IMG/VR virus record: IMGVR_UViG_3300044723_005018
Location: 1 to 42,608 of that record
DNA: 42,608 bases
Source of the DNA: a virus
Lineage: Duplodnaviria > Caudoviricetes
Strand: one strand, 5' to 3'
Positions 18,410 through 26,877 of this stretch are shown piece by piece (positions within the stretch are counted from its first letter, which is position 1; the number at the start of each line of letters is the position of its first letter). Below the pieces are notes generated by a model. That model was not told where the DNA came from. It searched no databases and saw only the letters and a list, made by a program, of their open reading frames with translations. The position numbers were made by a program, and so were the translations under genes.

Positions 18410-19310
18410 AGTACTCGGGCAAGTAGTAGATTACCCGGATCAGTATGATCCAACAATTTTAGTACGAGAGCTCCGGAGTAACAACAGACAGCATTTAGAT
18501 ATACATGATGATAATCTACCATTTGTAGGGTCTGACACGTGGAATGCATACGAGGTTAGTACACTCACATCAAAAGGCCTCCCAGTGACCGGTGTGTTAA
18601 AGATAGTATATCCATGCGACAGTAAATATATTGTTGAGAGTAAAAGTATTAAGCTTTATCTAAACTCATTCAATATGTTTCGCAATGGAGACACACGGGA
18701 GAAAGCTGTTTTAGATTTAACTAATGTTGTTACACGTGACTTGAGTGAACTACTGGAGACGAACGTTGTCGCACATTTCCATGAAGCCACTACTAACAGT
18801 GTTGCTCGATCAGTGTTTTCAGATGATGATTATCCTTGTTTAGAATATGATCTAGTACCAACGCTCAATATTGATAATGTCCATGATGTCAATAGTATCG
18901 AGTTTAATACATACGAAGAGACTCCAGACTTGTTGCAAACATTCGTAGCCACAGATAACTCAACACAAAAGTTTCGGAGCGCATTGTTAAAAAGCAATTG
19001 CCGAGTGACTAGTCAGCCTGACTGGGGTGATGTGTATGTTTATATTGATGGACCAACACACGTGACATATGAGAGCATGCTGAAATATATTGTTTCATTC
19101 AGGAACGAGTGTCACTTTCATGAAGAAATATGCGAGACTATTTACAAGAGATTGAATGATTTATTACAACCGAACGCACTTGCCGTGACATGTCTTTATG
19201 CGCGTAGAGGTGGTATTGATATTAACCCTACCAGAGCTAGCTCGAGTGATTTGTTACCAGATGCACTAGTGGACATATCCACTATGCATGGTAAGACTCA
19301 GAAACAATGA
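18378..19310 (+). CDS. queF: NADPH-dependent 7-cyano-7-deazaguanine reductase QueF (bimodular)
   Basis: YDPTIL, DTWNAYEVS, VESKSIKLYLNSF, LLKSNCRVTSQPDWG, FHEEICE, YARRGGIDINP. Confidence 0.95.
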   Translation: MTKLDNSQISKVLGQVVDYPDQYDPTILVRELRSNNRQHLDIHDDNLPFVGSDTWNAYEVSTLTSKGLPVTGVLKIVYPCDSKYIVESKSIKLYLNSFNMFRNGDTREKAVLDLTNVVTRDLSELLETNVVAHFHEATTNSVARSVFSDDDYPCLEYDLVPTLNIDNVHDVNSIEFNTYEETPDLLQTFVATDNSTQKFRSALLKSNCRVTSQPDWGDVYVYIDGPTHVTYESMLKYIVSFRNECHFHEEICETIYKRLNDLLQPNALAVTCLYARRGGIDINPTRASSSDLLPDALVDISTMHGKTQKQ

Positions 19311-21781
19311 TAACTCTCACTCCTAAAGCACAGAAAGTACTTACCGAGAGTAAAACTTTAGCCGAAACTCACAATCATAGATTTGTTAGTAATGAGCATC
19401 TACTCATATCAATAGCCAATCTAACAAGCGGGCAAGCTGTTGATGCACTGAAACATGCAGGTGTTAATTTAAAAAAACTACGGAAAGACTTGTTTGATAG
19501 TTTGGATACTGTGGCCACCACGGCATCCACCAAAGAAATATCTTTTTCACCTCGCGCTCAAAAAGCTATCAATGAGGCTGCTATATATGTGAATAAATTC
19601 GAGCAAACGTATGTAGGTACTGAACATCTACTACTAGGTATATTAGACGGTGAAAATGCCAACATACACAAAGCCTTGTCCAACCAAGCAATAACCGAGA
19701 ATAATGTTAGGTTGTGTGTGTTAGATGTGTTGGAAAATGATAGTAGCAAGCTCAAAACAATAATTGACGAGCACAGACAAACAAAATCTCAACAAAAAGA
19801 AGAACCACAAGAAGAAGAGAAATCATTGCTACGTCTGTTCACACGTGATCTCACGTGGCTAGCCACTGAGGATCGAATCATGCCTACAATAGGTCGAGCT
19901 CGAGAAATAGAACGATGTGTGGAAGTGTTGATGAGGTATAGTAAAAACAATCCAATACTAATTGGAGAACCTGGTGTTGGTAAAACAGCTGTTGTGGAGG
20001 GCCTAGCCACAAGAATAGCCACTGGGAATGTTCCGGATCAACTACTAACAAAAAAAATATTACAGCTAGACATCACCATGCTTGTGGCTGGTACGAGATA
20101 TAGAGGAGATTTAGAAGAACGTTTGACCATGTTGCTCAAAGAAGTTCAGCAAGACAAGGACAACATATTGTTTGTAGATGAAATTCATATGATTGTAGGT
20201 GCTGGTGGTACAGACAACAGTATGGATATTGGTAACATACTCAAGCCTGCGTTGAGCAGAGGAGAGCTAACATGCATCGGAGCCACAACAACTCAAGAAT
20301 ACAAGCAAATCGAGAGTGATGGTGCTTTGCAGAGAAGATTTCAAACAATAATGGTCGATGAACCATCAAAAGCGGACACACTCAAGATCATAAAAGGGAT
20401 CAAACAACGATTTGAAAAACATCACAATGTTACATTCTCACAAGTTAGCCTGAAAAACATTGTTGAGATGAGCGATCGTTATATAACAGATCGTAATTTT
20501 CCAGATAAAGCGATAGATGTGATGGATGAAATTGGTTCACATGTTCGCGCCAAAATATTTAACGAGATATACGAGACAGATATAGACATACAATTGAACA
20601 AGCTCGAAAAGACCAAAATCAAACATATATCTAGCAAACAATACAAGCTAGCTAACGATATCAAAACAGAACAAGAGCAACTGCTTGTTCAATATGATCA
20701 GATGTACACAAAATGGTTGAATAAGCAATCCAAATCAACAAGAATTAAAGAAGATGATGTGCTCAATTACATGGCCAACAAGACCGGCATGCCGATCACA
20801 AGATTGCAGCTTCATGAGAGCAGTCGATTGAAAAACCTCAAATCATATCTATGTAGAAAAATTGTTGGTCAAACATCAGCAACAGATGTTATAAGTGCCG
20901 CAATCAAGAGAGCGCGCGTGGGATTGAATGATCCTAATCGACCACTATGTTCATTTTTGTTTCTCGGACCAACAGGTGTGGGTAAAACACACAGCGCCAA
21001 AGTGATGGGCGATTATTTGTTCAACAACAAGAACATAATACAAATAAACATGAGTGAATGTAGCGAGAGTCATAGCATCAGCAAACTAATAGGTGCTCCT
21101 CCGGGATATGTTGGTTATAGTGACTCAGGAGTATTAACCGAAGGAGTCAAAAAAAACCCATACAGCATAGTTCTACTGGATGAAATTGAAAAAGCCCACC
21201 CGGATGTGGTGCAAGTGTTGCTTCAATTACTAGAGGAAGGCACTGTGGCGGACAGCACCGGGGAAAATATCAATTTTAGAAATTCTATAGTGATCATGAC
21301 AGGCAATATAGGCTCTGAAGCTCTTCAAAAAAACCACACTGTCGGGTTCATGAGCAAAGATTACGATGATGTGAACACCAGACAGAAGATAACTGATGAA
21401 CTAACCAAGTTTTTCAAGCCAGAGCTGGTGAACAGAATAGATGAGATTGTTGTGTTTGACAAGCTCAAGAAACAAAGTCTGGCCGCGATTGCCAAACAAT
21501 TGATATCTCAATTGTCATCACGATTGAAAAAGAAAAACATATCACTTGATATTGAGGATCAAGTGATAGATCATGTTATTGATCAGGTGGATTGTGATAA
21601 ATATGGTGCTCGACCCATCAGACGCGCCATATCATACCATATTGAAGATAAAATATGTGACATTTTGATAAAAAAACCGACCGAGAGTGATCAAAAATAT
21701 CAGTTGAGTGTGATGTTGCGCGATGGTTCGATCGATATGCAAATAAAAAATCAGTCTGTGTCAATCAAAGACAGCCAATAA
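19307..21781 (+). CDS. clpC: ClpC-type AAA+ chaperone / Clp protease ATPase subunit
   Basis: Two Clp-N repeats (EHLL), GEPGVGKT, DEIH, GPTGVGKT, DEIEKAHP, short M-domain, VGF ClpP-docking loop. Confidence 0.9.
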   Translation: MITLTPKAQKVLTESKTLAETHNHRFVSNEHLLISIANLTSGQAVDALKHAGVNLKKLRKDLFDSLDTVATTASTKEISFSPRAQKAINEAAIYVNKFEQTYVGTEHLLLGILDGENANIHKALSNQAITENNVRLCVLDVLENDSSKLKTIIDEHRQTKSQQKEEPQEEEKSLLRLFTRDLTWLATEDRIMPTIGRAREIERCVEVLMRYSKNNPILIGEPGVGKTAVVEGLATRIATGNVPDQLLTKKILQLDITMLVAGTRYRGDLEERLTMLLKEVQQDKDNILFVDEIHMIVGAGGTDNSMDIGNILKPALSRGELTCIGATTTQEYKQIESDGALQRRFQTIMVDEPSKADTLKIIKGIKQRFEKHHNVTFSQVSLKNIVEMSDRYITDRNFPDKAIDVMDEIGSHVRAKIFNEIYETDIDIQLNKLEKTKIKHISSKQYKLANDIKTEQEQLLVQYDQMYTKWLNKQSKSTRIKEDDVLNYMANKTGMPITRLQLHESSRLKNLKSYLCRKIVGQTSATDVISAAIKRARVGLNDPNRPLCSFLFLGPTGVGKTHSAKVMGDYLFNNKNIIQINMSECSESHSISKLIGAPPGYVGYSDSGVLTEGVKKNPYSIVLLDEIEKAHPDVVQVLLQLLEEGTVADSTGENINFRNSIVIMTGNIGSEALQKNHTVGFMSKDYDDVNTRQKITDELTKFFKPELVNRIDEIVVFDKLKKQSLAAIAKQLISQLSSRLKKKNISLDIEDQVIDHVIDQVDCDKYGARPIRRAISYHIEDKICDILIKKPTESDQKYQLSVMLRDGSIDMQIKNQSVSIKDSQ

Positions 21782-22044
21782 TCAGTCATCTCGCGCTCGA
21801 TGGTGTCAATGGTGTCAGACATTATTTGTGTTTTGGTGGTTGTCTTTAGTTTGCTGGTGTCTTTTATGTTTGTTTTGATGGCTCGTAACAGATAACATCT
21901 CTTCACGTGTTTCAACACATCATCTTTTGGTGATGCATCATCGTGTTGCTTGTAACACAAAGGGCAATGATGTACATCATTTTGCTCGAAAGAGACCATC
22001 AATTGATTCATGCATTGTTCCCACGTTAAAATGATGTAAACCAT
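21751..22044 (-). CDS. hypothetical protein with CxxC...HxxxC zinc finger
   Basis: HCPLC...HVKRC; start uncertain. Confidence 0.45.
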   Translation of the reverse strand: MVYIILTWEQCMNQLMVSFEQNDVHHCPLCYKQHDDASPKDDVLKHVKRCYLLRAIKTNIKDTSKLKTTTKTQIMSDTIDTIEREMTDYWLSLIDTD

Positions 22045-22051
22045 ATAAATA
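22044..22051 (+). promoter_or_regulatory. T4 late promoter
   Basis: Exact TATAAATA, 5 nt before ATG 22057. Confidence 0.7.
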
Positions 22052-22056
22052 TTTAT

Positions 22057-22500
22057 ATGATAGGAGGAGCAATAGTCAACACTGCCATTGGAGCTGGTAT
22101 AAAACTAGGAGCCATCTTGATAAACTCGTGGCTGGAGAGCAAGAAACAGACACAGATGATGATAGCAGCACGTGATCAACATTTGTTACGTGCCATGACC
22201 GACAATCAAGCCAAGCAAGCCAGTGATCCTTTCGTGCAAGTGACCAGACGTGTGTTGTTTTTGACCATCACGTTCACATTGTGTTACATGATGATATATT
22301 ACGCCATGAATCCAGGCATTCAATACGATGTGATCATGCCAATAAAAGACGGCGTGTCTACAGGTATATTCACGTGGATATTTGGTGGTGACTCGTTCGA
22401 GGTTGTGAGATTGACAGGCGGCTTGCTCCTCATGAGTTTCATGGATCTAGCGTTCATGGTGATTGGGTTTTATGCCGTGCCATCACCTGGCAATCGTTAG
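22057..22500 (+). CDS. membrane protein, putative holin (3TM-type)
   Basis: Late promoter; amphipathic N-terminus, DPFVQVTRR followed by hydrophobic helices. Confidence 0.5.
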   Translation: MIGGAIVNTAIGAGIKLGAILINSWLESKKQTQMMIAARDQHLLRAMTDNQAKQASDPFVQVTRRVLFLTITFTLCYMMIYYAMNPGIQYDVIMPIKDGVSTGIFTWIFGGDSFEVVRLTGGLLLMSFMDLAFMVIGFYAVPSPGNR

Positions 22501-22504
22501 ATCA

Positions 22505-23038
22505 TCACTTGACCGCGCCAAACACGTCTACAAGTTTGGCCACCACCGCCTTATCATCTGATATGTTCATGTTAACAAACGGTATGTCCTGTGGAGACGC
22601 AGGAGCATTCACAGTGTCTGGGTCGTAATCATACTCACCATATATATCATCCGCATCTTCTGATAGATCCAGTGCTGCTGGTTGATTAGGAGCCACTTGT
22701 TCGTACAGCCCCTCTTTTCTGGCGATGTCCGTGAAAATCACATACAACAAATGTTTCAAGTGTGGATTCTCTGGTGCTCGTGCACGTGATACAAAACCAG
22801 CGATGTCTTGTTTGGTGAATTTGCCGTGCAATTTGTTGATCGGATCCTGATAACTGCCGTAACACAACAGCGCCAGGTACTTTTGTGTGATGTCCGCACA
22901 ATCTCTGATCACAAAATACGCACTCTTGTTCTCGATCACCACACCGGTGTCCGGTTTCTCACTGGCTATTTTGGCGGGTCTCATCAGCTTGGCTTGTTTG
23001 ATGCCGCTGTGTTGTATGATTTTATCCTCGAATGACAT
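22505..23038 (-). CDS. hypothetical protein
   Basis: 177-aa ORF tiling with its neighbours. Confidence 0.7.
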   Translation of the reverse strand: MSFEDKIIQHSGIKQAKLMRPAKIASEKPDTGVVIENKSAYFVIRDCADITQKYLALLCYGSYQDPINKLHGKFTKQDIAGFVSRARAPENPHLKHLLYVIFTDIARKEGLYEQVAPNQPAALDLSEDADDIYGEYDYDPDTVNAPASPQDIPFVNMNISDDKAVVAKLVDVFGAVK

Positions 23039-23041
23039 GAT

Positions 23042-23401
23042 TTACTCCGGTTTTCTGTTTCTGCTCACCACGGTGGTCTTGTCTTGATACACTGGACCAG
23101 GCCCTGAGGTGTCAGGTGTGTCATGTTTTGCTGGTTTTTTACGTGTGACCAACATGGTTATCAGCACCGTGACCAGCACCGCCACCACCAGCCAGATGAA
23201 CACACTCAAGCTGCTAGGGTTGTCAGTCACGGTGTGAAACTCCACATCAGTGATCACACCATCCAGATCACGATCCATCACGGCCGCTCCAGCAGGCTCC
23301 ACAGTGACTTGTTGAGACGCATGATCAAACACACGTTTGTTGCTGTTGCACGAGGTCAACAACACGATCAAACCACACATGATACAGGTTAACATTTTCA
23401 T
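23042..23401 (-). CDS. putative lipoprotein with C-terminal TM helix and EF-hand-like loop
   Basis: Lipobox-like LLTSC, DRDLDGVITDVE, hydrophobic C-terminal helix; late motif at 23411-23417. Confidence 0.6.
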   Translation of the reverse strand: MKMLTCIMCGLIVLLTSCNSNKRVFDHASQQVTVEPAGAAVMDRDLDGVITDVEFHTVTDNPSSLSVFIWLVVAVLVTVLITMLVTRKKPAKHDTPDTSGPGPVYQDKTTVVSRNRKPE

Positions 23402-23434
23402 ACTTGTTGTTATTTATGTTGACACACGCGAGAA

Positions 23435-23821
23435 TCAATCGTTCAACTGTGGATCAATCACACGGGTGGTGGCGAAATCCCGCACATGACCCATGCGCTC
23501 TCGAAAATCTTTCCATTTGCCGGATTGCATCTCATGTGCCATTCGTTTGATCGGACCACGGTCACCTTCATCTGCCGCTTCCACCGCGTTGGCCAGCTCG
23601 TCTAGAAACTGTGCGATCAAGCGATCCTCTTCTGGAGTCACGTAGCCGGTTTTCAGCTTGCCAGCGGACGTGTCCTGCATCTGATTGTGTAGAAAGTTTT
23701 GCTGATCCATGCCTCTCAGCTTGCGGCGCGCTCGCTCGATTCCATCACCGGCTGGATTGTCGTTGTCGTGTGTCTCCTGCAACTGATTGTACAGCATGTC
23801 GAATTGATCGTGTGTCATCAT
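23435..23821 (-). CDS. late hypothetical protein (possible internal head protein)
   Basis: ATAAATA at 23825-23831; N-terminus ..LYNQLQE. Confidence 0.6.
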   Translation of the reverse strand: MMTHDQFDMLYNQLQETHDNDNPAGDGIERARRKLRGMDQQNFLHNQMQDTSAGKLKTGYVTPEEDRLIAQFLDELANAVEAADEGDRGPIKRMAHEMQSGKWKDFRERMGHVRDFATTRVIDPQLND

Positions 23822-23851
23822 GATTATTTATTGCTCGCGGTCAGTATATCT

Positions 23852-23873
23852 GCAGGCGCCGCCAGGCGCCTGC
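23852..23873. other. GC-rich hairpin next to an A6/T7 tract
   Basis: GCAGGCGCC-GCCA-GGCGCCTGC perfect 9-bp stem. Confidence 0.6.
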
Positions 23874-23902
23874 GCAAAAAATTTTTTTCCCTAGGGTCTC
23901 AA

Positions 23903-24574
23903 TCACAGATCCGGTGTGTCTGTGGGATCGGTGGCGCTGGCTTGTCTGAACAGCTGATCTATATGGTTCAACTTGTCGGTCCAGCTGGGAAACGGGCCAT
24001 GTGATTGTGTGAGCAGATCCTGATGCACCGGATGCTTGCGCGAGCGGCGACCCAGGTCTTGCAACAACTCTTCACGACTCACCCAACGCCGATGATGTGT
24101 GGCGATGTCCTGGCGACTCAACAGCTCGGTTTGTACCATGGCGGGACTCCAGTTACCGAAACTCATGAGCAACACGTGCAACACGATCATGTCACCACTG
24201 GAGCTTTTTTTGTAATACACGGGATCCTGGGCGGCCTCTGGTAAATAACCGGCTCCGCTGAGCAACTCGAACGCTTGACCTGGGCTCACACGCTGATAAC
24301 CATGTTGAACAAGCAGCAACTCGTGTTGATACATGTGTTGAGGATCACGATCAAGAAATTGAGCGAACATGCTGTAGCTAGGACCCAGCAACGCGTGCAC
24401 GTCACCACCGAACCGTTGTTTGGCGTGTTTGATGCTCTTCTTGTATCGTTCGTGGCTTGTGGCCACCAGGTGTGTCCAAGGGAAATCGTCATGCAATTGA
24501 TCGGTGTTCATGTGAGACCAGTGATCGTCACTGGGGTTTTGCACCCAATCCTTGAATTTTTTGACCATTCCCAT
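23903..24574 (-). CDS. late hypothetical protein ending TDTPDL
   Basis: 223-aa ORF; TAAGTA at 24582-24587. Confidence 0.65.
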   Translation of the reverse strand: MGMVKKFKDWVQNPSDDHWSHMNTDQLHDDFPWTHLVATSHERYKKSIKHAKQRFGGDVHALLGPSYSMFAQFLDRDPQHMYQHELLLVQHGYQRVSPGQAFELLSGAGYLPEAAQDPVYYKKSSSGDMIVLHVLLMSFGNWSPAMVQTELLSRQDIATHHRRWVSREELLQDLGRRSRKHPVHQDLLTQSHGPFPSWTDKLNHIDQLFRQASATDPTDTPDL

Positions 24575-24735
24575 GTGTGATTACTTAGTCGCTCTACGAG
24601 CGAGGTCCCGGTCTCAGGGCCCATACAGGTGAAACACCCGGGATCCGCGAAAAAAATGTGGAGCATGGGTTTTCATGTCTGCTAGGTTTTGCTATAGTCA
24701 CGTGGATTTGCACGCCCGTGGTCTAGATAAGCGGT

Positions 24736-24804
24736 TGGGTCTCTGAGACGCGACTGGGTCTCAGAGACGTGACGGGTTCTCAGAGACGTGACGGGTTCTC
24801 AGAG
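24736..24804. repeat. 19-bp tandem repeat (3.6 copies) with palindromic core GTCTCWGAGAC
   Basis: tgggtctctgagacgcgac / tgggtctcagagacgtgac / gggttctcagagacgtgac / gggttctcagag. Confidence 0.9.
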
Positions 24805-25065
24805 CTGGTCATCTAGCAGATCCGACACCAACGAGCCGCTGAGTACCTCGGCATGTGTTCTGGTGGGCGTGTTGTGAATGATGATGGTGCTTGCCTCACC
24901 AGTGAGCTGAGTGTCCCAACAAGCCTCCAACATGATCGCATGAGCCAGGAAATCATCCAGCATGTCACACTCGAGCAATCGTTGTCTGGTCTGAGTGTAA
25001 CACCACACGCCCATCAGCTCGATCAATCGTGCTTGCATCTGCTCGTTGATCGTGTGTTCGTCCAT
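24799..25065 (-). CDS. hypothetical protein
   Basis: 88-aa ORF on the coding strand of the region. Confidence 0.55.
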   Translation of the reverse strand: MDEHTINEQMQARLIELMGVWCYTQTRQRLLECDMLDDFLAHAIMLEACWDTQLTGEASTIIIHNTPTRTHAEVLSGSLVSDLLDDQL

Positions 25066-25120
25066 CGTGCGGTCTAGACCACGCTGGCCGGCCTGTGTGT
25101 CAGACCGACCAGCTTGTCAA

Positions 25121-25426
25121 TCAATCAGTCAAAGTGGATTGTTTCTCCAGCAATTGATTCAATCGAGCTCTTGCTCGTTCGATCTGTTCATTGAGACGTT
25201 CAGCTTGAGTCTTTGTTGGACGTCCAGCTCTGCTCACATATGTGGTTCTGAATGTGTCGATGCAGTTGCCGTAATCACGCTTGATCAGGCCAGCCAAGTA
25301 CTTGTGATAGAAGCTCTTGCGTGCGCCAGTCACGGTGCATGTCACTTTGTAATTGGCCAGATCGATCTGTACCTCACGTCCGTTGCTGTTCAGAAGAGTG
25401 TAGAAGTGTTTCGCTTTAGATTTCAT
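25121..25426 (-). CDS. basic early hypothetical protein (GRP AT-hook-like motif, coiled-coil C-terminus)
   Basis: Own promoter; CTVTG..YVSRAGRP.. Confidence 0.7.
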   Translation of the reverse strand: MKSKAKHFYTLLNSNGREVQIDLANYKVTCTVTGARKSFYHKYLAGLIKRDYGNCIDTFRTTYVSRAGRPTKTQAERLNEQIERARARLNQLLEKQSTLTD

Positions 25427-25427
25427 A

Positions 25428-25465
25428 TGATTGATTGTGTTGTTTGATTGTTTGATTGTTTGATT
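25428..25465 (-). repeat. AATCAAAC-type microrepeat in 5' leader
   Basis: tgattgattg..(tttgattg)x3; similar CAAT tracts at 25909-25926 and 26151-26160. Confidence 0.6.
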
Positions 25466-25473
25466 ATTCGTTG

Positions 25474-25503
25474 ATGATATGAACGTTTGTGGTTTGATGC
25501 AAC
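25474..25503 (-). promoter_or_regulatory. early sigma70-type promoter
   Basis: GTTGCAT-N17-TATCAT. Confidence 0.75.
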
Positions 25504-25507
25504 TAGA

Positions 25508-25630
25508 TTATCTCAATTCGTCTCTCAACTCGTACAGCGCATTGTCCAAGGCTGGATCCTCGATCACATGATCGCTGTTGAGGTATCGGATGATCAGATT
25601 GCATGCTTGTATGATTAATTTTGATGTCAT
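25508..25630 (-). CDS. small hypothetical protein (40 aa, leaderless)
   Basis: ATG 6 nt after the -10 box at 25637-25642. Confidence 0.55.
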   Translation of the reverse strand: MTSKLIIQACNLIIRYLNSDHVIEDPALDNALYELRDELR

Positions 25631-25636
25631 ACATGT

Positions 25637-25666
25637 ATGATAATGGTGATTGGCGGTTGATGCAAC
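25637..25666 (-). promoter_or_regulatory. early sigma70-type promoter
   Basis: GTTGCAT-N17-TATCAT. Confidence 0.75.
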
Positions 25667-25670
25667 TGAT

Positions 25671-25907
25671 TTATCTGATTGGCTCGAATCTTTCTTGTGT
25701 GAGAACACCGTTCAGAAGAGTATGCATCTTGCGAAGCGCTTGTTTCTCGATGTGTCTGATGCGCTCGCGTGTGTATCCGGTGTACTGGCTGATCTGTTCC
25801 AGCGTGAAGCATTCTTCTGGTTGCTGGATCAAGCGTAATTCTGCTAGATCACGATCCAGATCGCGTTTTTCTCGTTTCAGGTCGTCTTTTAAATTTTGTA
25901 AGCTCAT
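25671..25907 (-). CDS. stand-alone sigma70 region 4 helix-turn-helix protein
   Basis: TLEQISQYTGYTRERIRHIEKQALRKM matches RpoD region 4.2 (TLEEVG..F.VTRERIRQIEAKALRKL). Confidence 0.85.
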   Translation of the reverse strand: MSLQNLKDDLKREKRDLDRDLAELRLIQQPEECFTLEQISQYTGYTRERIRHIEKQALRKMHTLLNGVLTQERFEPIR

Positions 25908-25940
25908 ATGATTGATTGTTTGATTGTTGTGTATCTAATG

Positions 25941-25970
25941 ATGATAACGTCAGATGCTGTTTGATGCAAC
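25941..25970 (-). promoter_or_regulatory. early sigma70-type promoter
   Basis: GTTGCAT-N17-TATCAT. Confidence 0.75.
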
Positions 25971-25981
25971 ACTAGAATTGA

Positions 25982-26149
25982 TTATTTCAGCCGCACATCC
26001 GCGAATTCATGATTCAGCAGATCTTTCAAGTCTTCGTACACAGCTATTCTGATGCCAGTCTCTCCATAACTGTCGTAGTCGCCTGATCGCTTAAGATCTG
26101 CTCTCATTTGATCCTGCATGTGTTTGATGAGTTGTTTCAATTGTTCCAT
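25982..26149 (-). CDS. small hypothetical protein (55 aa; not in ORF track)
   Basis: MEQLKQLIKHMQDQMRADLKRSGDYDSYGE...VRLK*, lies between two promoters. Confidence 0.65.
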   Translation of the reverse strand: MEQLKQLIKHMQDQMRADLKRSGDYDSYGETGIRIAVYEDLKDLLNHEFADVRLK

Positions 26150-26188
26150 ATGATTGATTGGTTGAGTGTTATTCTGATTGATAATACA

Positions 26189-26218
26189 ATTATCGTCTCA
26201 GAATCGGTTTGATGCAAC
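26189..26218 (-). promoter_or_regulatory. early sigma70-type promoter
   Basis: GTTGCAT-N17-GATAAT. Confidence 0.65.
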
Positions 26219-26314
26219 ACCCAAATCGATCGTTTCTCAGCGTCGTGTGTTGCAAATCTGCTGCAGATCAGTTAAGATTATCTTATCGATCGATCAATTC
26301 ACCATAACCAACAC

Positions 26315-26521
26315 TCATCCTTCCAGATCGTGTTCGCTCCAGTCGATACACCACTGATAGCTACGCACCTGAGTCACTTGATCCCGAGCATCGTCTGGCA
26401 ACATACTCATGCAGCTACGTAGGTTGGTCTGTAGTGTGTCGATCACCACCAGCAACTCTTGCCGTTCTCGTTGTAGTTGTTGAATCCGTCTGGACAACTC
26501 GGTGTGTTCTGCGTTGTTCAC
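26315..26521 (-). CDS. hypothetical coiled-coil protein
   Basis: ATAAATA at 26528-26534 upstream. Confidence 0.55.
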   Translation of the reverse strand: MNNAEHTELSRRIQQLQRERQELLVVIDTLQTNLRSCMSMLPDDARDQVTQVRSYQWCIDWSEHDLEG

Positions 26522-26734
26522 ATCAAATATTTATGCCCGCGGGTAGATTTACCATCCGATCACACGAGCGTCGCAAATCGGAACCCGGGAGTGGGGACAG
26601 CTTACTGTTTATACAAGCATACCCATATGAAACCCGTCATTTGTTTGTGTGTCCCAGTATTTCTGTATTTCTCCATGTATTCTGGGTTCTACACGGTTCT
26701 CCCCACACATGCTTCTCACCTGTTCGTCAAAAGA

Positions 26735-26788
26735 CCACGTTTTTTTCCGGAAAACCCACGTTTTTTCTGCGAAATCCATTGTTTTTTC
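26735..26788. repeat. 21-bp periodic CCA(C/T)..T6-7 repeats (phased T-tracts)
   Basis: T-tracts start at 26740, 26761, 26782 within a non-coding gap. Confidence 0.65.
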
Positions 26789-26847
26789 ATGCTGCGTGCT
26801 AGCACGTGCCCATCATGTGTCTCACCTGGTCTGATCAGAGTCGTTCG

Positions 26848-26865
26848 CAAATAATATTCAACCGC
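26848..26865. repeat. 18-bp dispersed direct repeat, copy 1
   Basis: caaataatattcaaccgc, identical at 35049-35066. Confidence 0.8.
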
Positions 26866-26877
26866 TTATAATATTCA

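Noticed and set aside
23852-23890. Intrinsic terminator
   Set aside because: Strong stem, but no U-tract follows on the locally transcribed minus strand; kept only as an unexplained hairpin
24736-24804. Possible CRISPR array
   Set aside because: Units are directly adjacent 19-mers with no unique spacers, and there are no cas genes
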